NCBI GenBank assembly: GCA_001823545.1
Contig: MHUV01000003.1
Coordinates: forward strand, 6,718-70,717
DNA from: Candidatus Yonathbacteria bacterium RIFCSPLOWO2_01_FULL_43_27
GTDB taxonomy: Bacteria > Patescibacteriota > Minisyncoccia > Phycocordibacterales > UBA1550
Direction: 5' to 3'
Length of the DNA stretch: 64,000 bases
Shown here: positions 38,078-49,771 of the stretch, one piece after another
Position numbering within the stretch: position 1 is the stretch's first letter
How the letters are laid out: each line of letters starts with the position of its first letter
Program-made: the position numbers and the translations under genes
The notes under the pieces: model-generated
The model's database searches: none
Told to the model about the DNA's origin: nothing
The model's input: the letters and a program-made list of their open reading frames with translations, nothing else

Positions 38078-40651
38078 TTACTTCTTTTTTAGCACCTTCT
38101 TGAGGTATTTCCCTGTATGGGAATGTGTATTTGCAGCGATTTGCTCAGGAGTACCCCGCGCAACGATCTGTCCGCCCCCTACCCCACCCTCGGGACCAAA
38201 ATCAAGCACGTAGTCTGCACTTTTTATAACATCCATATTGTGCTCAATGAGTAGCACGCTGTTGCCTTTATCAACAAGTTTTTGCAAAATTTCAATAAGT
38301 TTACGTACGTCTTCATAATGAAGTCCAACAGTTGGTTCATCGAGAAGGTAGATTGTACGCTCAGCAAAAGGACGGTAGAGCTCTGAAGAGATTTTAACAC
38401 GCTGTGCCTCGCCACCAGAAAGTGTGGTTGCTGATTGCCCAAGCTTCAAATACCCAAGTCCTACCTCATTCAGTGTTTTGAAACGATCGTAAATTGCGGG
38501 AATATCCTCAAAAAACGTGAGTGCTTCTTCGACGGTCATTTCGAGCACGTCGAAAATATTCTTTTTTTTGTACTTTACCTCGAGTGTTTCTTTATCGAAT
38601 CGTTTTCCGCGACACACATCGCACGTTACATACACCGTTGGTAAAAAGTGCATTTCAACCGCAATGAGCCCATTACCCTGACAGGTCTCACATCGACCAC
38701 CTTTTACATTAAAAGAAAAACGTCCCGGCCCCCACCCACGCAAGCGCGCCTCCTCGGTTTCCGCAAAAATATCACGAATAAAGGTAAATGCACCCGTGTA
38801 GGTTGCGGGATTAGAACGGGGGGTGCGTCCGATAGCAGACTGATCAATAAGCACCGTACGGCTCAAATATTCCGTGCCGGTAAAACTTTCACAATTAAAA
38901 ATCTGATTAGTGCGATACTTGTATTCCAAACGCGCTTGAAGATTTTTGTGCACTATTTCGTACAAGAAGGTAGACTTTCCTGAACCAGAAACACCCGTAA
39001 TAGCAACGAGTTTACCGAGAGGAATTTCCGCATTAAGATTTTTTATACTAAACGCTGCACCCTCACGAATACGCAGATGCCCGCGATCTTGCGCGCGACG
39101 TGCATGAGGAATCTCAACCACAGTATCTCCACGCAGATAATCGAGCGTAAGTGATTTATATTTTTTAGGATTGGTAATGAGGTCATCAAGATACCCTGCT
39201 ACCACGATATTACCACCATGCACCCCCGCCCCTGGGCCAATATCCACCATATAGTCCGCAGAGAAAATAGTATCCTCATCGTGTTCAACCACAATGATAG
39301 TGTTGCCGAGATCGCGTAATTCTTTCAGGGTTTTAATGAGGCGGTCATTGTCTCGCTGATGAAGACCGATAGTCGGCTCATCGAGCACATAGAGCGCGCC
39401 CACAAGACGTGAACCGAGCTGTGATGCCAGACGGATGCGTTGTGCCTCACCACCAGAGAGTGTGTTGGCGCGTCGGTCGAGAGTAAGGTAATCAATCCCC
39501 ACGTCAAGCATAAAGCGAAGACGGTTTTCAATTTCCTTTACCACTGGCACCGAAATATCTTTATCACGCGTAGATATTTTCAAGTGTGCAAAAAAATCAC
39601 TTGCTTCACGAATTGACATGCGGGTCACCTCGACAATATTCTTGCCACTGATGCGTACATTTAGGGCTTCTTTACGCAAACGAGCACCTTCACAGTCAGG
39701 GCACGCTTCTTTGCCAAAAAAATGTTTCGTGCCAAGACCATTACAAAGTGGACACGCGCCGTAGGGAGAATTAAACGAAAAAAGACGTGGCTCTATTTCT
39801 GGATATGAAAAACCATCATTGGGGCACGCAAAACGATTGGACATAATGGTGTCTTTGAGAATTGTCGTATCTTTTGCAAACACAATACGTACCAAACTTT
39901 CAGATTCAGTAAGTGCACGCTCCATCGCCTCAGCAAGACGCGCGCGCCCTTTTTCGTTCTTACCAGCAAAGTCTGCTATGCTGATTTCATCAACCAGTAC
40001 ATCAATCTCGTGCTTTTTTGTCTTTGAAAGAATGATCTGCTCGCGAAGATTTTTCATCTCGCCATCAATGCGCACCAAAAGGTACCCTTTGCCAAGGAGA
40101 TCGTAGAGAAGCTGATAGTATTCGCCCTTGCGCCCACGTACAATGGGTGCAAAAATTTTAATAGTGTCAGATTTTTTTCCAACAGCTCCCTTCACATCTT
40201 CCATAATGAAATTCAAAATTTCCTCGTTACCAAGACGCTTGATTTCTTCTCCACACACGAGACAATAAGGTTTTCCAATACGCGCATACAATACACGAAG
40301 GTAATCGTAGATTTCGGTAATCGTCGCCACGGTCGAGCGTGGATTTGATGAGTGTGATTTTTGGTCAATAGAAATTGCCGGCGAAAGACCCGTGATTTCA
40401 TCCACGTCGGGCTTTTGCATTTGATTCAAGAACTGACGTGCGTATGCGGAAAGTGACTCAACATAGCGTCGTTGCCCCTCTGCAAAAATCGTATCAAACG
40501 CAAGGGATGATTTTCCTGAACCAGAGAGACCTGTAAAAACCGTCATCGTGTTGCGCGGTATTTCAACAGAAATATTCTTAAGATTGTGCGTGCGGGCACC
40601 ACGAACAGTGATTTTATCCAGCTCTTTTATTTTTTTATGTTCCGATCTCAT
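38078..40651 (-). CDS. uvrA: Excinuclease ABC subunit A
   Basis: [31 protein letters not shown] twice, Zn fingers. Confidence 0.97.
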   Translation of the reverse strand: MRSEHKKIKELDKITVRGARTHNLKNISVEIPRNTMTVFTGLSGSGKSSLAFDTIFAEGQRRYVESLSAYARQFLNQMQKPDVDEITGLSPAISIDQKSHSSNPRSTVATITEIYDYLRVLYARIGKPYCLVCGEEIKRLGNEEILNFIMEDVKGAVGKKSDTIKIFAPIVRGRKGEYYQLLYDLLGKGYLLVRIDGEMKNLREQIILSKTKKHEIDVLVDEISIADFAGKNEKGRARLAEAMERALTESESLVRIVFAKDTTILKDTIMSNRFACPNDGFSYPEIEPRLFSFNSPYGACPLCNGLGTKHFFGKEACPDCEGARLRKEALNVRISGKNIVEVTRMSIREASDFFAHLKISTRDKDISVPVVKEIENRLRFMLDVGIDYLTLDRRANTLSGGEAQRIRLASQLGSRLVGALYVLDEPTIGLHQRDNDRLIKTLKELRDLGNTIIVVEHDEDTIFSADYMVDIGPGAGVHGGNIVVAGYLDDLITNPKKYKSLTLDYLRGDTVVEIPHARRAQDRGHLRIREGAAFSIKNLNAEIPLGKLVAITGVSGSGKSTFLYEIVHKNLQARLEYKYRTNQIFNCESFTGTEYLSRTVLIDQSAIGRTPRSNPATYTGAFTFIRDIFAETEEARLRGWGPGRFSFNVKGGRCETCQGNGLIAVEMHFLPTVYVTCDVCRGKRFDKETLEVKYKKKNIFDVLEMTVEEALTFFEDIPAIYDRFKTLNEVGLGYLKLGQSATTLSGGEAQRVKISSELYRPFAERTIYLLDEPTVGLHYEDVRKLIEILQKLVDKGNSVLLIEHNMDVIKSADYVLDFGPEGGVGGGQIVARGTPEQIAANTHSHTGKYLKKVLKKK

Positions 40652-40740
40652 TGTTGACAGATTGTATCATATATGCTATTTTTTGCAAAGAAGAGGAGTG
40701 TTTCAACACAAAACCCTATCTAGAAACAAGGAGGTTAAAG

Positions 40741-41265
40741 ATGAGTCTAAGCACGCCGAAGTACCTTACCAGGGAAACCGCCGAAGAAGCAATAGACACG
40801 GCATTAATTATGGTTGCAGGAGAATCGTCGCCATTAAAAAGGTGTTTCAACTCTCTTTTCCCTCAGTGCCATATTACGGTGCTCGTGCCAGGAATGGAGA
40901 GCCATCACCTTGAGGACATCCTCAAATGGCCGAACTTCCCCATCCATGCTGTTTCTCTCTGTGAGAGAAGTATAGGCCAATCCATATGGAAACATCGCTA
41001 CGACGAAATCGCGAAATGCAAAGCGCTTCAGCTTTGGGCGGACCGAAACGATGACGGGACAGGATCCATTCCACACCTACTCTTTTCGGAGGACACGCCC
41101 TACTGGGGTGGCGTCAAGCGTAAAGGAATCGTCGTTGCTTGTTCAGGTTTTCATCCATGGTTCGACAAGATGATCTCTGGTATTATCGCTGACATCATGA
41201 TCGGACTGGCACACGATGCCTACGAAAATGACAGTGCCCGAGTATCAGATGACTTTTTGAGCTAA
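40741..41265 (+). CDS. Hypothetical protein, possibly GlcG/heme-binding-like fold (SD-type cassette)
   Basis: ATG 40741 after AAGGAGGT; IAKCKA...[17 protein letters not shown]; TTGACA 40654; terminator 41287-41322. Confidence 0.7.
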   Translation: MSLSTPKYLTRETAEEAIDTALIMVAGESSPLKRCFNSLFPQCHITVLVPGMESHHLEDILKWPNFPIHAVSLCERSIGQSIWKHRYDEIAKCKALQLWADRNDDGTGSIPHLLFSEDTPYWGGVKRKGIVVACSGFHPWFDKMISGIIADIMIGLAHDAYENDSARVSDDFLS

Positions 41266-41431
41266 CTTTTCGTGAAGAAAATTTTAAAGGGTTACCCGCA
41301 ATATTAAGGGTAACCCTTTTTTATTTTTAGGCGGAATAAACCCTGTAAATTAAAAATAGAAATTCTAATTACTGAGTGTTATACTTCTTAACGACGAGTG
41401 ATGGACACATGGAACAATAAGAAATAAAAAT

Positions 41432-41695
41432 ATGTATATAAAAATATTAGTCTCACTGATGGGAGTACTTATGTCGATCGGCTACTATCCACAAGCGTAC
41501 ATAATCTGGAAAAATAAATCATCACAAGGTATTTCCATTTTGACCTACTCAATATTTAGCGTTGGAACTTTTGTGTGGACGATCTACGGATTCTATCTTC
41601 GTGACGTACCAATCATATTAAGTTTTATTCTTGGAGTGGTCGGCTCGTGGCTTGTTCTTGGCCTGACGCTGTATTATAAGAGGAAGAAAATATAA
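41432..41695 (+). CDS. SemiSWEET/PQ-loop transporter
   Basis: YPQAYIIWKNKSSQGIS, WTIYG; three TM segments. Confidence 0.88.
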   Translation: MYIKILVSLMGVLMSIGYYPQAYIIWKNKSSQGISILTYSIFSVGTFVWTIYGFYLRDVPIILSFILGVVGSWLVLGLTLYYKRKKI

Positions 41696-41710
41696 TTTTT
41701 CGTGAAGAAA

Positions 41711-43726
41711 TTACTTTAAAAGTTGCTCCTTGAGCACCAAGATCTCATCACGAATGATCGCCGCGGTTTCAAAATCAAGTTCTTTCACCGCCTTTGACAT
41801 TTCTTTTTCTTTTAACTTAATGAGCTTTTGAGGATCTTTGGCAAAAACTTGCGCATCGATATCCACGTTCATTTTCACCGCTTTCGTATGTTCGCTCTCG
41901 AGATGTTCAGTAATGTCGCCCAATTTTTTAATAATCGTTTTCGGCGTTATGCCATGCTCCTTATTGTATGCCTGCTGAATTGCACGACGACGATTGGTTT
42001 CTCCCACAGCACGTTCAATTGAGCCGGTGATGTTGTCCGCGTAGAGAATGACGCGCCCCAGCACGTTACGGGCCGCACGACCAATAATCTGAATGAGCGC
42101 CGTCTCTGAACGCAAGAAACCTTCCTTGTCGGCATCCAAAATTCCAATGAGCGTAACTTCTGGAAGATCGAGCCCTTCACGGAGAAGATTTACTCCCACC
42201 AAACAATCAAACGTACCTCTTCGAAATTCGGTGAGAATCTGAATACGCTCAATCGTTTTAATATCACTGTGAAGATATTCTGCCTTAATTCCCTCTCCTT
42301 TTAAATACTCAGAGAGATCTTCTGCCATCTTTTTCGTAAGAGTTGTTGCTATTACACGTCCACCTTTCTCAACCGCATTTTTTACTTCAATAATGAAATC
42401 TTGTATCTGTCCTCGGTATGATCCTTTTTCTTGTATCGGTCGCAATGAGATTTCCGGATCAATAAGTCCTGTCGGACGAATAATTTGCTCAACAATTTGC
42501 TCACTCGTTTCGCGCTCGTGCGTGCTTGGCGTTGCTGAGGTGTAAATCACCTGCCCCACGCGTTCAGTAAATTCCTCAGACCGTAGAGGTCTATTATCAA
42601 GTGCCGATGGTAAACGGAAACCAAACTCAACCAACGTTTTTTTACGTGATTGATCACCGGCATACATACCACCAATTTGTGGAATCGTAACGTGCGATTC
42701 ATCGATGATGGTAAGAAAATCTGGTTTACCATTCTTTGTGCGGGGGAAATACGAAAGAAGCGTATCAGGCGCTGACCCTGCTTCACGACCCGACATATGG
42801 CGAGAATAATTTTCGATACCATTACAGTAACCAACTTCACGAATCATGGCGAGGTCGTAATTGGTGCGACGCTTGAGACGCTCTGCCTCGAGGAGCTTCC
42901 CTTCTTTCTCAAACTTTTTTAACTGCGTAGCAAGTTCTGCTTTAATTTTTTTAATTGCGCGGTCCTTTTCCGCCTTGTTGGTGATAAAATGTTTTGCAGG
43001 AAAAATAAAAATATCTGTTTCAGTCCCCACAATTTTTTGCGAAATAGGATCCACCTTATTGATTGACGCAATCCCTCGTGCATCGAGCACAATACTCCAA
43101 ATCATCTTTTCTGAAACAGGCATAATTTCCACGAGCGAACCAATGGAACGAAATGTTCCGGGCGTGAGGTCGGCATTAGTACGCTCGAAATGAATTGCAA
43201 TGAGTTTTTGCATCAACGCTTTGCGGTCAATTTTTTGCTTTACGGAAAGTTTTAGATTTTCTTTCTCGTACTCTGCAGGCGAACCAAGACCGTAAATACA
43301 CGACACCGACGCAACAATGATCACGTCACGACGCGTGAGGAGCGATTGCGTTGACGCGTGACGTAGGCGGTCAATTTCTTCGTTGATCTGCGCGTCTTTT
43401 TCAATATAGGTATCTGTCACGGGCATATATGCCTCTGGCTGATAGTAATCGTAGTAGGAAACAAAATAGTGGACAGCGTTGTTCGGGAAAAATTCTTTGT
43501 ATTCTTGCGCAAGCTGTGCGGCAAGTGTTTTATTGTGCGCAATAACGAGTGTAGGCTTGTTCACCTTGGCGATCACATTTGCCATCGTGAAGGTTTTTCC
43601 TGAGCCTGTGACCCCAAGGAGTGTTTGGCGCGAAAAACCTTTCTCGAGGCCTTGTACGAGCTTTTTAATGGCCTTGGGCTGGTCACCTGCCGGTGGCCAA
43701 TCTGATTGTAGGTTAAACGAGGTCAT
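41711..43726 (-). CDS. uvrB: Excinuclease ABC subunit B
   Basis: GVTGSGKT, HNKTLAAQL, YYDYYQPEAY, IDESH, LLREGLDLPEV, DFETAA. Confidence 0.97.
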   Translation of the reverse strand: MTSFNLQSDWPPAGDQPKAIKKLVQGLEKGFSRQTLLGVTGSGKTFTMANVIAKVNKPTLVIAHNKTLAAQLAQEYKEFFPNNAVHYFVSYYDYYQPEAYMPVTDTYIEKDAQINEEIDRLRHASTQSLLTRRDVIIVASVSCIYGLGSPAEYEKENLKLSVKQKIDRKALMQKLIAIHFERTNADLTPGTFRSIGSLVEIMPVSEKMIWSIVLDARGIASINKVDPISQKIVGTETDIFIFPAKHFITNKAEKDRAIKKIKAELATQLKKFEKEGKLLEAERLKRRTNYDLAMIREVGYCNGIENYSRHMSGREAGSAPDTLLSYFPRTKNGKPDFLTIIDESHVTIPQIGGMYAGDQSRKKTLVEFGFRLPSALDNRPLRSEEFTERVGQVIYTSATPSTHERETSEQIVEQIIRPTGLIDPEISLRPIQEKGSYRGQIQDFIIEVKNAVEKGGRVIATTLTKKMAEDLSEYLKGEGIKAEYLHSDIKTIERIQILTEFRRGTFDCLVGVNLLREGLDLPEVTLIGILDADKEGFLRSETALIQIIGRAARNVLGRVILYADNITGSIERAVGETNRRRAIQQAYNKEHGITPKTIIKKLGDITEHLESEHTKAVKMNVDIDAQVFAKDPQKLIKLKEKEMSKAVKELDFETAAIIRDEILVLKEQLLK

Positions 43727-43848
43727 GATTGAAAATTATAACACGAAATGGTGCTTTTTGAAAGATGCGCGGCGCCGATGCACGGCAGTGCATACCTTCC
43801 TGCTCCAACAAAGTACTCCTTAGTAAAGATATGTTATCTGAAGAAAAC

Positions 43849-43892
43849 AATATCGACGTATAATATACTATAGTATATTATACGTCGATATT
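43849..43892. repeat. 44-bp perfect loop-less palindrome
   Basis: AATATCGACGTATAATATACTA|TAGTATATTATACGTCGATATT. Confidence 0.9.
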
Positions 43893-43965
43893 TATTTTAT
43901 TTATAATTTATAACAAGCAAACAAAAAAGTTGCTTAGTTATTTCCTAGCTCTATGGAAGTTGCAA

Positions 43966-44685
43966 TTAAATAGAAACCGTACCGGTAATGACCGTATTCG
44001 CGTTAACCGCACAAAGAGAATTATGAATACACGTGCGTGGATCAACACATTGACCCTCATCATTCAATACTTTTTCGCCATCAAGGAAAATACAATTTTT
44101 ATCTTTGGTGGTTACTCTAATTGGGCAATTATTCTGATCATTACCACAACCGATACCAAATTCCGTTAAAAACTCAAAGGTCTCAGGGTCAGCATGGGGC
44201 AACATTTGTCTTCCGATATATACATACTGCGCGTCGGCACCATACGCTGGTGTACGGACACCATATCGTACTCCCCCATCGTAAAGAACTCGGAATGTTT
44301 GGGGATCTGCAGAACGAATTTTTTCTACAACAACTGAAGATCCATAGCGATACACATCACTCATATCATACACAGCATTTACGTCCGCCCCATACGAACC
44401 TCCGGGGAGCAATGTAAATGATTCAATATCAAGACCTGGGGGCGTAACGAGTACTACACCATCGTAATAAAGATGTTCATTATCTTTATTAAGAGAACCA
44501 AATATATTATGTTGAGGACATACTGACGTTGCAACGCGCGCCGACTCAACACCACATCTCGTTGATATTGATGGAGGAATACGATTACCAACATACGAAC
44601 GCACCAATCTTGAATATTCTATCTCAGAAAAAATAAAAATTACTGACAACACAATAAACGAAATTACTATCGCAGTTCTATTCAT
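43966..44685 (-). CDS. DKNYY-like repeat exported protein
   Basis: N-terminal TM; repeats KDNEHLYY, ADPQTFRVL, YGADAQYVY, ADPETFEFL, KDKNCIF. Confidence 0.75.
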   Translation of the reverse strand: MNRTAIVISFIVLSVIFIFSEIEYSRLVRSYVGNRIPPSISTRCGVESARVATSVCPQHNIFGSLNKDNEHLYYDGVVLVTPPGLDIESFTLLPGGSYGADVNAVYDMSDVYRYGSSVVVEKIRSADPQTFRVLYDGGVRYGVRTPAYGADAQYVYIGRQMLPHADPETFEFLTEFGIGCGNDQNNCPIRVTTKDKNCIFLDGEKVLNDEGQCVDPRTCIHNSLCAVNANTVITGTVSI

Positions 44686-44795
44686 GTGCTATAAGTATAG
44701 CATCTCTATTGGTAATGCCAATAAACGAAGTATGGTTGACTAACATGTCATAAGGTAGTATCTTTTTAAAAGACAAAAAAAACGGAGGTGCTGTT

Positions 44796-45179
44796 ATGGA
44801 TAATCCTGTTTCATTTGTTTGCCCAATTTGCAAGAACACGAAATACGGGGAGGTACTCCGAGAACCGGTAATGATGGGTGGAAGAAACGCAGTAAGTCAT
44901 CACTACTGCACGAAATGTACGTTCATGTTTCTTTTCCCAACGTCTTTCACTGAGCCAAAGAATGAATTGAATTCAACTACAGTGCTGTACTCAAAGGAAC
45001 GCTGTAAGCACACAACAACCATCAGAACCGCAGGTGGAGAGCTTCAAGTGATGTGCGAAAAGAGGAAAGGTCACGAAGGGATGCATCAACGCTCGGCTCA
45101 CCAGCTTGACAGCATCAAGGAAGACGAGCTCAAAACGGGATGGGAAATATCCTGGGGAGAATGGGGATCTACTACATAA
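44796..45179 (+). CDS. Hypothetical Cys/His-rich (Zn-binding) protein (SD-type cassette)
   Basis: CPIC...HYCTKC and C-x14-C..KGHEGMH; TTGACT-17-TATCTT, GGAGGTG SD. Confidence 0.7.
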   Translation: MDNPVSFVCPICKNTKYGEVLREPVMMGGRNAVSHHYCTKCTFMFLFPTSFTEPKNELNSTTVLYSKERCKHTTTIRTAGGELQVMCEKRKGHEGMHQRSAHQLDSIKEDELKTGWEISWGEWGSTT

Positions 45180-45211
45180 AGATGTGTGCAAATTTGACAA
45201 AGGAGATGCCT

Positions 45212-45445
45212 ATGTCGAGAAAAGAAAATAGAGCCAAGGCCAAAGCCAAAAGGAAGTCAGGTACAATATGCAACGGTTGTGGGAAGAACCGCGATGTGCG
45301 TGGCCACTGCTGGACATGTGTTTCTGCGACAAGAGACCATCTGTATGAGCGCTTTCTTGCAACACTGAGAGACGACCAGCAGAGAATTTTCTTCGCTTAT
45401 CAGAAGGTACGGGAACAGTTTATCTCCATGGTCATCCTTGATTAG
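45212..45445 (+). CDS. Small hypothetical Zn-finger protein
   Basis: AAGGAG SD; CNGC...HCWTC; hairpin 45471-45498 follows. Confidence 0.62.
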   Translation: MSRKENRAKAKAKRKSGTICNGCGKNRDVRGHCWTCVSATRDHLYERFLATLRDDQQRIFFAYQKVREQFISMVILD

Positions 45446-45496
45446 AATTTCTTCGAGACCTTCGAGACTCAGGGCGTGGCAATCTTTGCCACGCCT

Positions 45497-47183
<1,687 letters not shown>

Positions 47184-47277
47184 ACCGATAACCTATCATC
47201 ATTGACTGAAATAGTAAACATTGGTAATCTTTCTGGAGATAGTATGAATTTAAAAAAATGCTTAAGGAGGAGTTTTT

Positions 47278-47562
47278 ATGGGAACTAGTGAAAAAGTAGA
47301 ATCTGCTGCTTGCCGTGAGTGCGATTGGGACGGGAAGTGTCCTATACACTGCATCCACCTTAAAGGAAAAATAACTGCAGACGAGACTCAAAAAGAAATA
47401 TCCGAAACACCAGCAGCTTGCCGTGAGTGCCAGATAGACCAGTGCCCTCTGCACTGCAGGCATTTGGGAGTAAGGGTACCGGAAACAGAAGCCCGAAAGG
47501 AAGCAGTAACTGCACCAAAAACTCTCGACTACCTCAAGGTAAAAGGGGGCCACGATGTCTAA
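47278..47562 (+). CDS. Hypothetical protein with duplicated Cys/His motif (SD-type cassette)
   Basis: AACREC..D.CP.HC.HL twice; TTGACT-17-TAATCT, AAGGAGG SD. Confidence 0.72.
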   Translation: MGTSEKVESAACRECDWDGKCPIHCIHLKGKITADETQKEISETPAACRECQIDQCPLHCRHLGVRVPETEARKEAVTAPKTLDYLKVKGGHDV

Positions 47563-47737
47563 GCCTAAAAAAGACAACGTAATACATGTAGACTTCAAAA
47601 AGTGGAAGAGAATACTCCCTAAGAAAAAACTAACCGACAGGGATATTACTCGCGCCATCGTGGGGAACATTAAGGAAGATTATTTGTCCAAGATCATCAA
47701 GCATCGCAAGAAAAAACCACCGAAGGGGGCTCTATGA
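47555..47737 (+). CDS. Small basic hypothetical protein
   Basis: AAAGGGGG SD; overlaps upstream stop; DNVIHVDF motif; hairpin 47722-47746. Confidence 0.62.
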   Translation: MSKPKKDNVIHVDFKKWKRILPKKKLTDRDITRAIVGNIKEDYLSKIIKHRKKKPPKGAL

Positions 47738-47752
47738 GCCCCCTTCTTTTTA

Positions 47753-48892
47753 TCAATCACGAATCACGTTTTTTATAACATCGACAATTCCCCGATCAAA
47801 TGCCTCAGGAAGAACTTGGTCTGGTTGTGGATCTTTTACATATTCTGCGATCGCGTGTGCTGCATCAATGAACATTTTTTGTTTAAATTGCTTTATGCGA
47901 TTATCGAGCGCTCCACGGAAAATACCGGGGAATGCAAGTGAATTATTTATCTGATTAGGGAAATCAGAACGTCCTGTAGCAACGATAAACGCACCCGCTT
48001 CCTTCGCAACATCAGGCATGATCTCGGGAATAGGGTTAGCGAGAGCAAAAATAATTGGGTTCTTCGCCATCGTGCGGACCATTTCTCCCGTAAGAAGCCC
48101 GCCCTTCGACACCCCGATAAAAATATCGGAATCACGTAGGACTTCATGCAATTCACCTTGGACCTTCTCAGGATTAGTTGCGCGTGCAAGAGTTTGCTTT
48201 TCCATATTCAGATTTGCACGACCATCATAGAGCGCGCCCTTTGAGTCACACACGATAACATTTTCAAAACCATAGGCGAGTAAAATTTTTGTAATAGCTG
48301 TACCTGCCGCCCCTGCACCATTCATCACCACGCGCACATTCTCTTTGGTACTTCCCCGCAGTTTGAGTGCATTGATAAGTCCCGCAAGAACGATCGTCGA
48401 CGTACCATGCTGATCGTCATGCATAACAGGGATCGGGAGTTCGGCACGCAAGCGCTCTTCTATTTCAAAACAACGTGGCGCAGAAATGTCTTCGAGATTG
48501 ATTCCACCAAAACAGGGAGCAATATTTTTCACCAACGCAATGATCTCCTCAGTATCTTGCGTATTCACACAAATAGGAAAAGCGTCGATACCTGCAAATT
48601 CCCTAAAGATAGCTGCCTTCCCTTCCATGACGGGAATAGCTGCATGTGCGCCAAGGTTCCCGAGACCGAGGATCGCAGAACCATCCGAAACAACAGCGAC
48701 AGTGTTTCCTTTTATCGTGTAATCGTATGCAAGTTTTTCATCACGACCAATCTCGCGCGAAACCTCGGCTACACCAGGCGTGTAAGCAAGCGAAAGTTCT
48801 TCTTTGCATGTGAGGGGCACTTTGCTTACCACTTCTATCTTGCCACCATGTAAGCGATGGAGGTCAAGAGATTTTTTATAGATATCATTCAT
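47753..48892 (-). CDS. NAD(P)-dependent malic enzyme
   Basis: AYTPGVA, PVMEGKA, INLEDI, HDDQHGT, GAGAAG, ATGRSDFPNQINN. Confidence 0.95.
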   Translation of the reverse strand: MNDIYKKSLDLHRLHGGKIEVVSKVPLTCKEELSLAYTPGVAEVSREIGRDEKLAYDYTIKGNTVAVVSDGSAILGLGNLGAHAAIPVMEGKAAIFREFAGIDAFPICVNTQDTEEIIALVKNIAPCFGGINLEDISAPRCFEIEERLRAELPIPVMHDDQHGTSTIVLAGLINALKLRGSTKENVRVVMNGAGAAGTAITKILLAYGFENVIVCDSKGALYDGRANLNMEKQTLARATNPEKVQGELHEVLRDSDIFIGVSKGGLLTGEMVRTMAKNPIIFALANPIPEIMPDVAKEAGAFIVATGRSDFPNQINNSLAFPGIFRGALDNRIKQFKQKMFIDAAHAIAEYVKDPQPDQVLPEAFDRGIVDVIKNVIRD

Positions 48893-48895
48893 GTG

Positions 48896-49738
48896 TTAGT
48901 AATAATACTTTAGTCTTGCGTACGAGAGGGCGCCATATAAGCCGCCAAAATCAGCAAGTTCAGCTTTTTTAATTTCGGGAATTTTTGGAAATATTTTAAG
49001 AATTTCGGTGAGATGTTTTTTTACTGCTGGGACGGGGATACCCACCTCCTTCATCATTGAGCCACCGAGCACGATAATATTGGGTGACCAGTGTACGGTT
49101 GTGTTCGCAAGACCATACGCGAGATATTTTGCTAATTCATCCCATACCGTATCGTCGTGAATTTCGTACGGCTTTTTCCCAAAACGTTTCTCGATCGCGG
49201 TACCTGAAACATACGCCTCGAGATCGTTTCCTTCACATGTTGGACACAGAGTGTTATCAGGATCGATGATCTGATGCCCTGGTTCAAAACCAAGAGCGCT
49301 CTCGTCGATTGTGCCATTCACGATACGCACCCCTCCCACGCCAGTACTTATCGTCAAATAGACGACAATATTATGATCACGTCCTGCACCATAGTTTGCT
49401 TCCCCAAGCCCTACGAGTGCCGCATCATTTTCAATACTTACGGGTACGTTAAATGTTCCCGCAAGTGCTTCTCTAATATTGTGATCTATCCACCCACCCA
49501 AATTTGGACTTTTGATAAGTTTTGCCTTATCGGGATCAAGAGGCCCTGCAACTCCTCCCACAATTGCCTCAATAGGCGCACCTTGAGAAAGATTACTGAT
49601 AATGTTCTTCAGTGTCTCAATTCCCTCTCCAAAATCCTTTGGGGTATTAACAATGACGGGTTCAGCAAGGAATTTCTTACGGTCTGCAGAAACAACGCGC
49701 ATTTTCGTACCTCCAATATCGAATAATATATACATCAA
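48896..49738 (-). CDS. ROK family sugar kinase
   Basis: DIGGTK, ENDA, TISTGVGG, EPGH, LEAYVSG. Confidence 0.93.
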   Translation of the reverse strand: MMYILFDIGGTKMRVVSADRKKFLAEPVIVNTPKDFGEGIETLKNIISNLSQGAPIEAIVGGVAGPLDPDKAKLIKSPNLGGWIDHNIREALAGTFNVPVSIENDAALVGLGEANYGAGRDHNIVVYLTISTGVGGVRIVNGTIDESALGFEPGHQIIDPDNTLCPTCEGNDLEAYVSGTAIEKRFGKKPYEIHDDTVWDELAKYLAYGLANTTVHWSPNIIVLGGSMMKEVGIPVPAVKKHLTEILKIFPKIPEIKKAELADFGGLYGALSYARLKYYY

Positions 49739-49771
49739 GCCATTTTACCAGAACAAGAACTAAAAGTGAAT

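Noticed and set aside
43745-43830. GC-rich stretch upstream of uvrB as SRP RNA, riboswitch or leader peptide
   Set aside because: No SRP domain IV or recognisable riboswitch consensus. The possible 32-codon ORF has no support beyond a weak SD.
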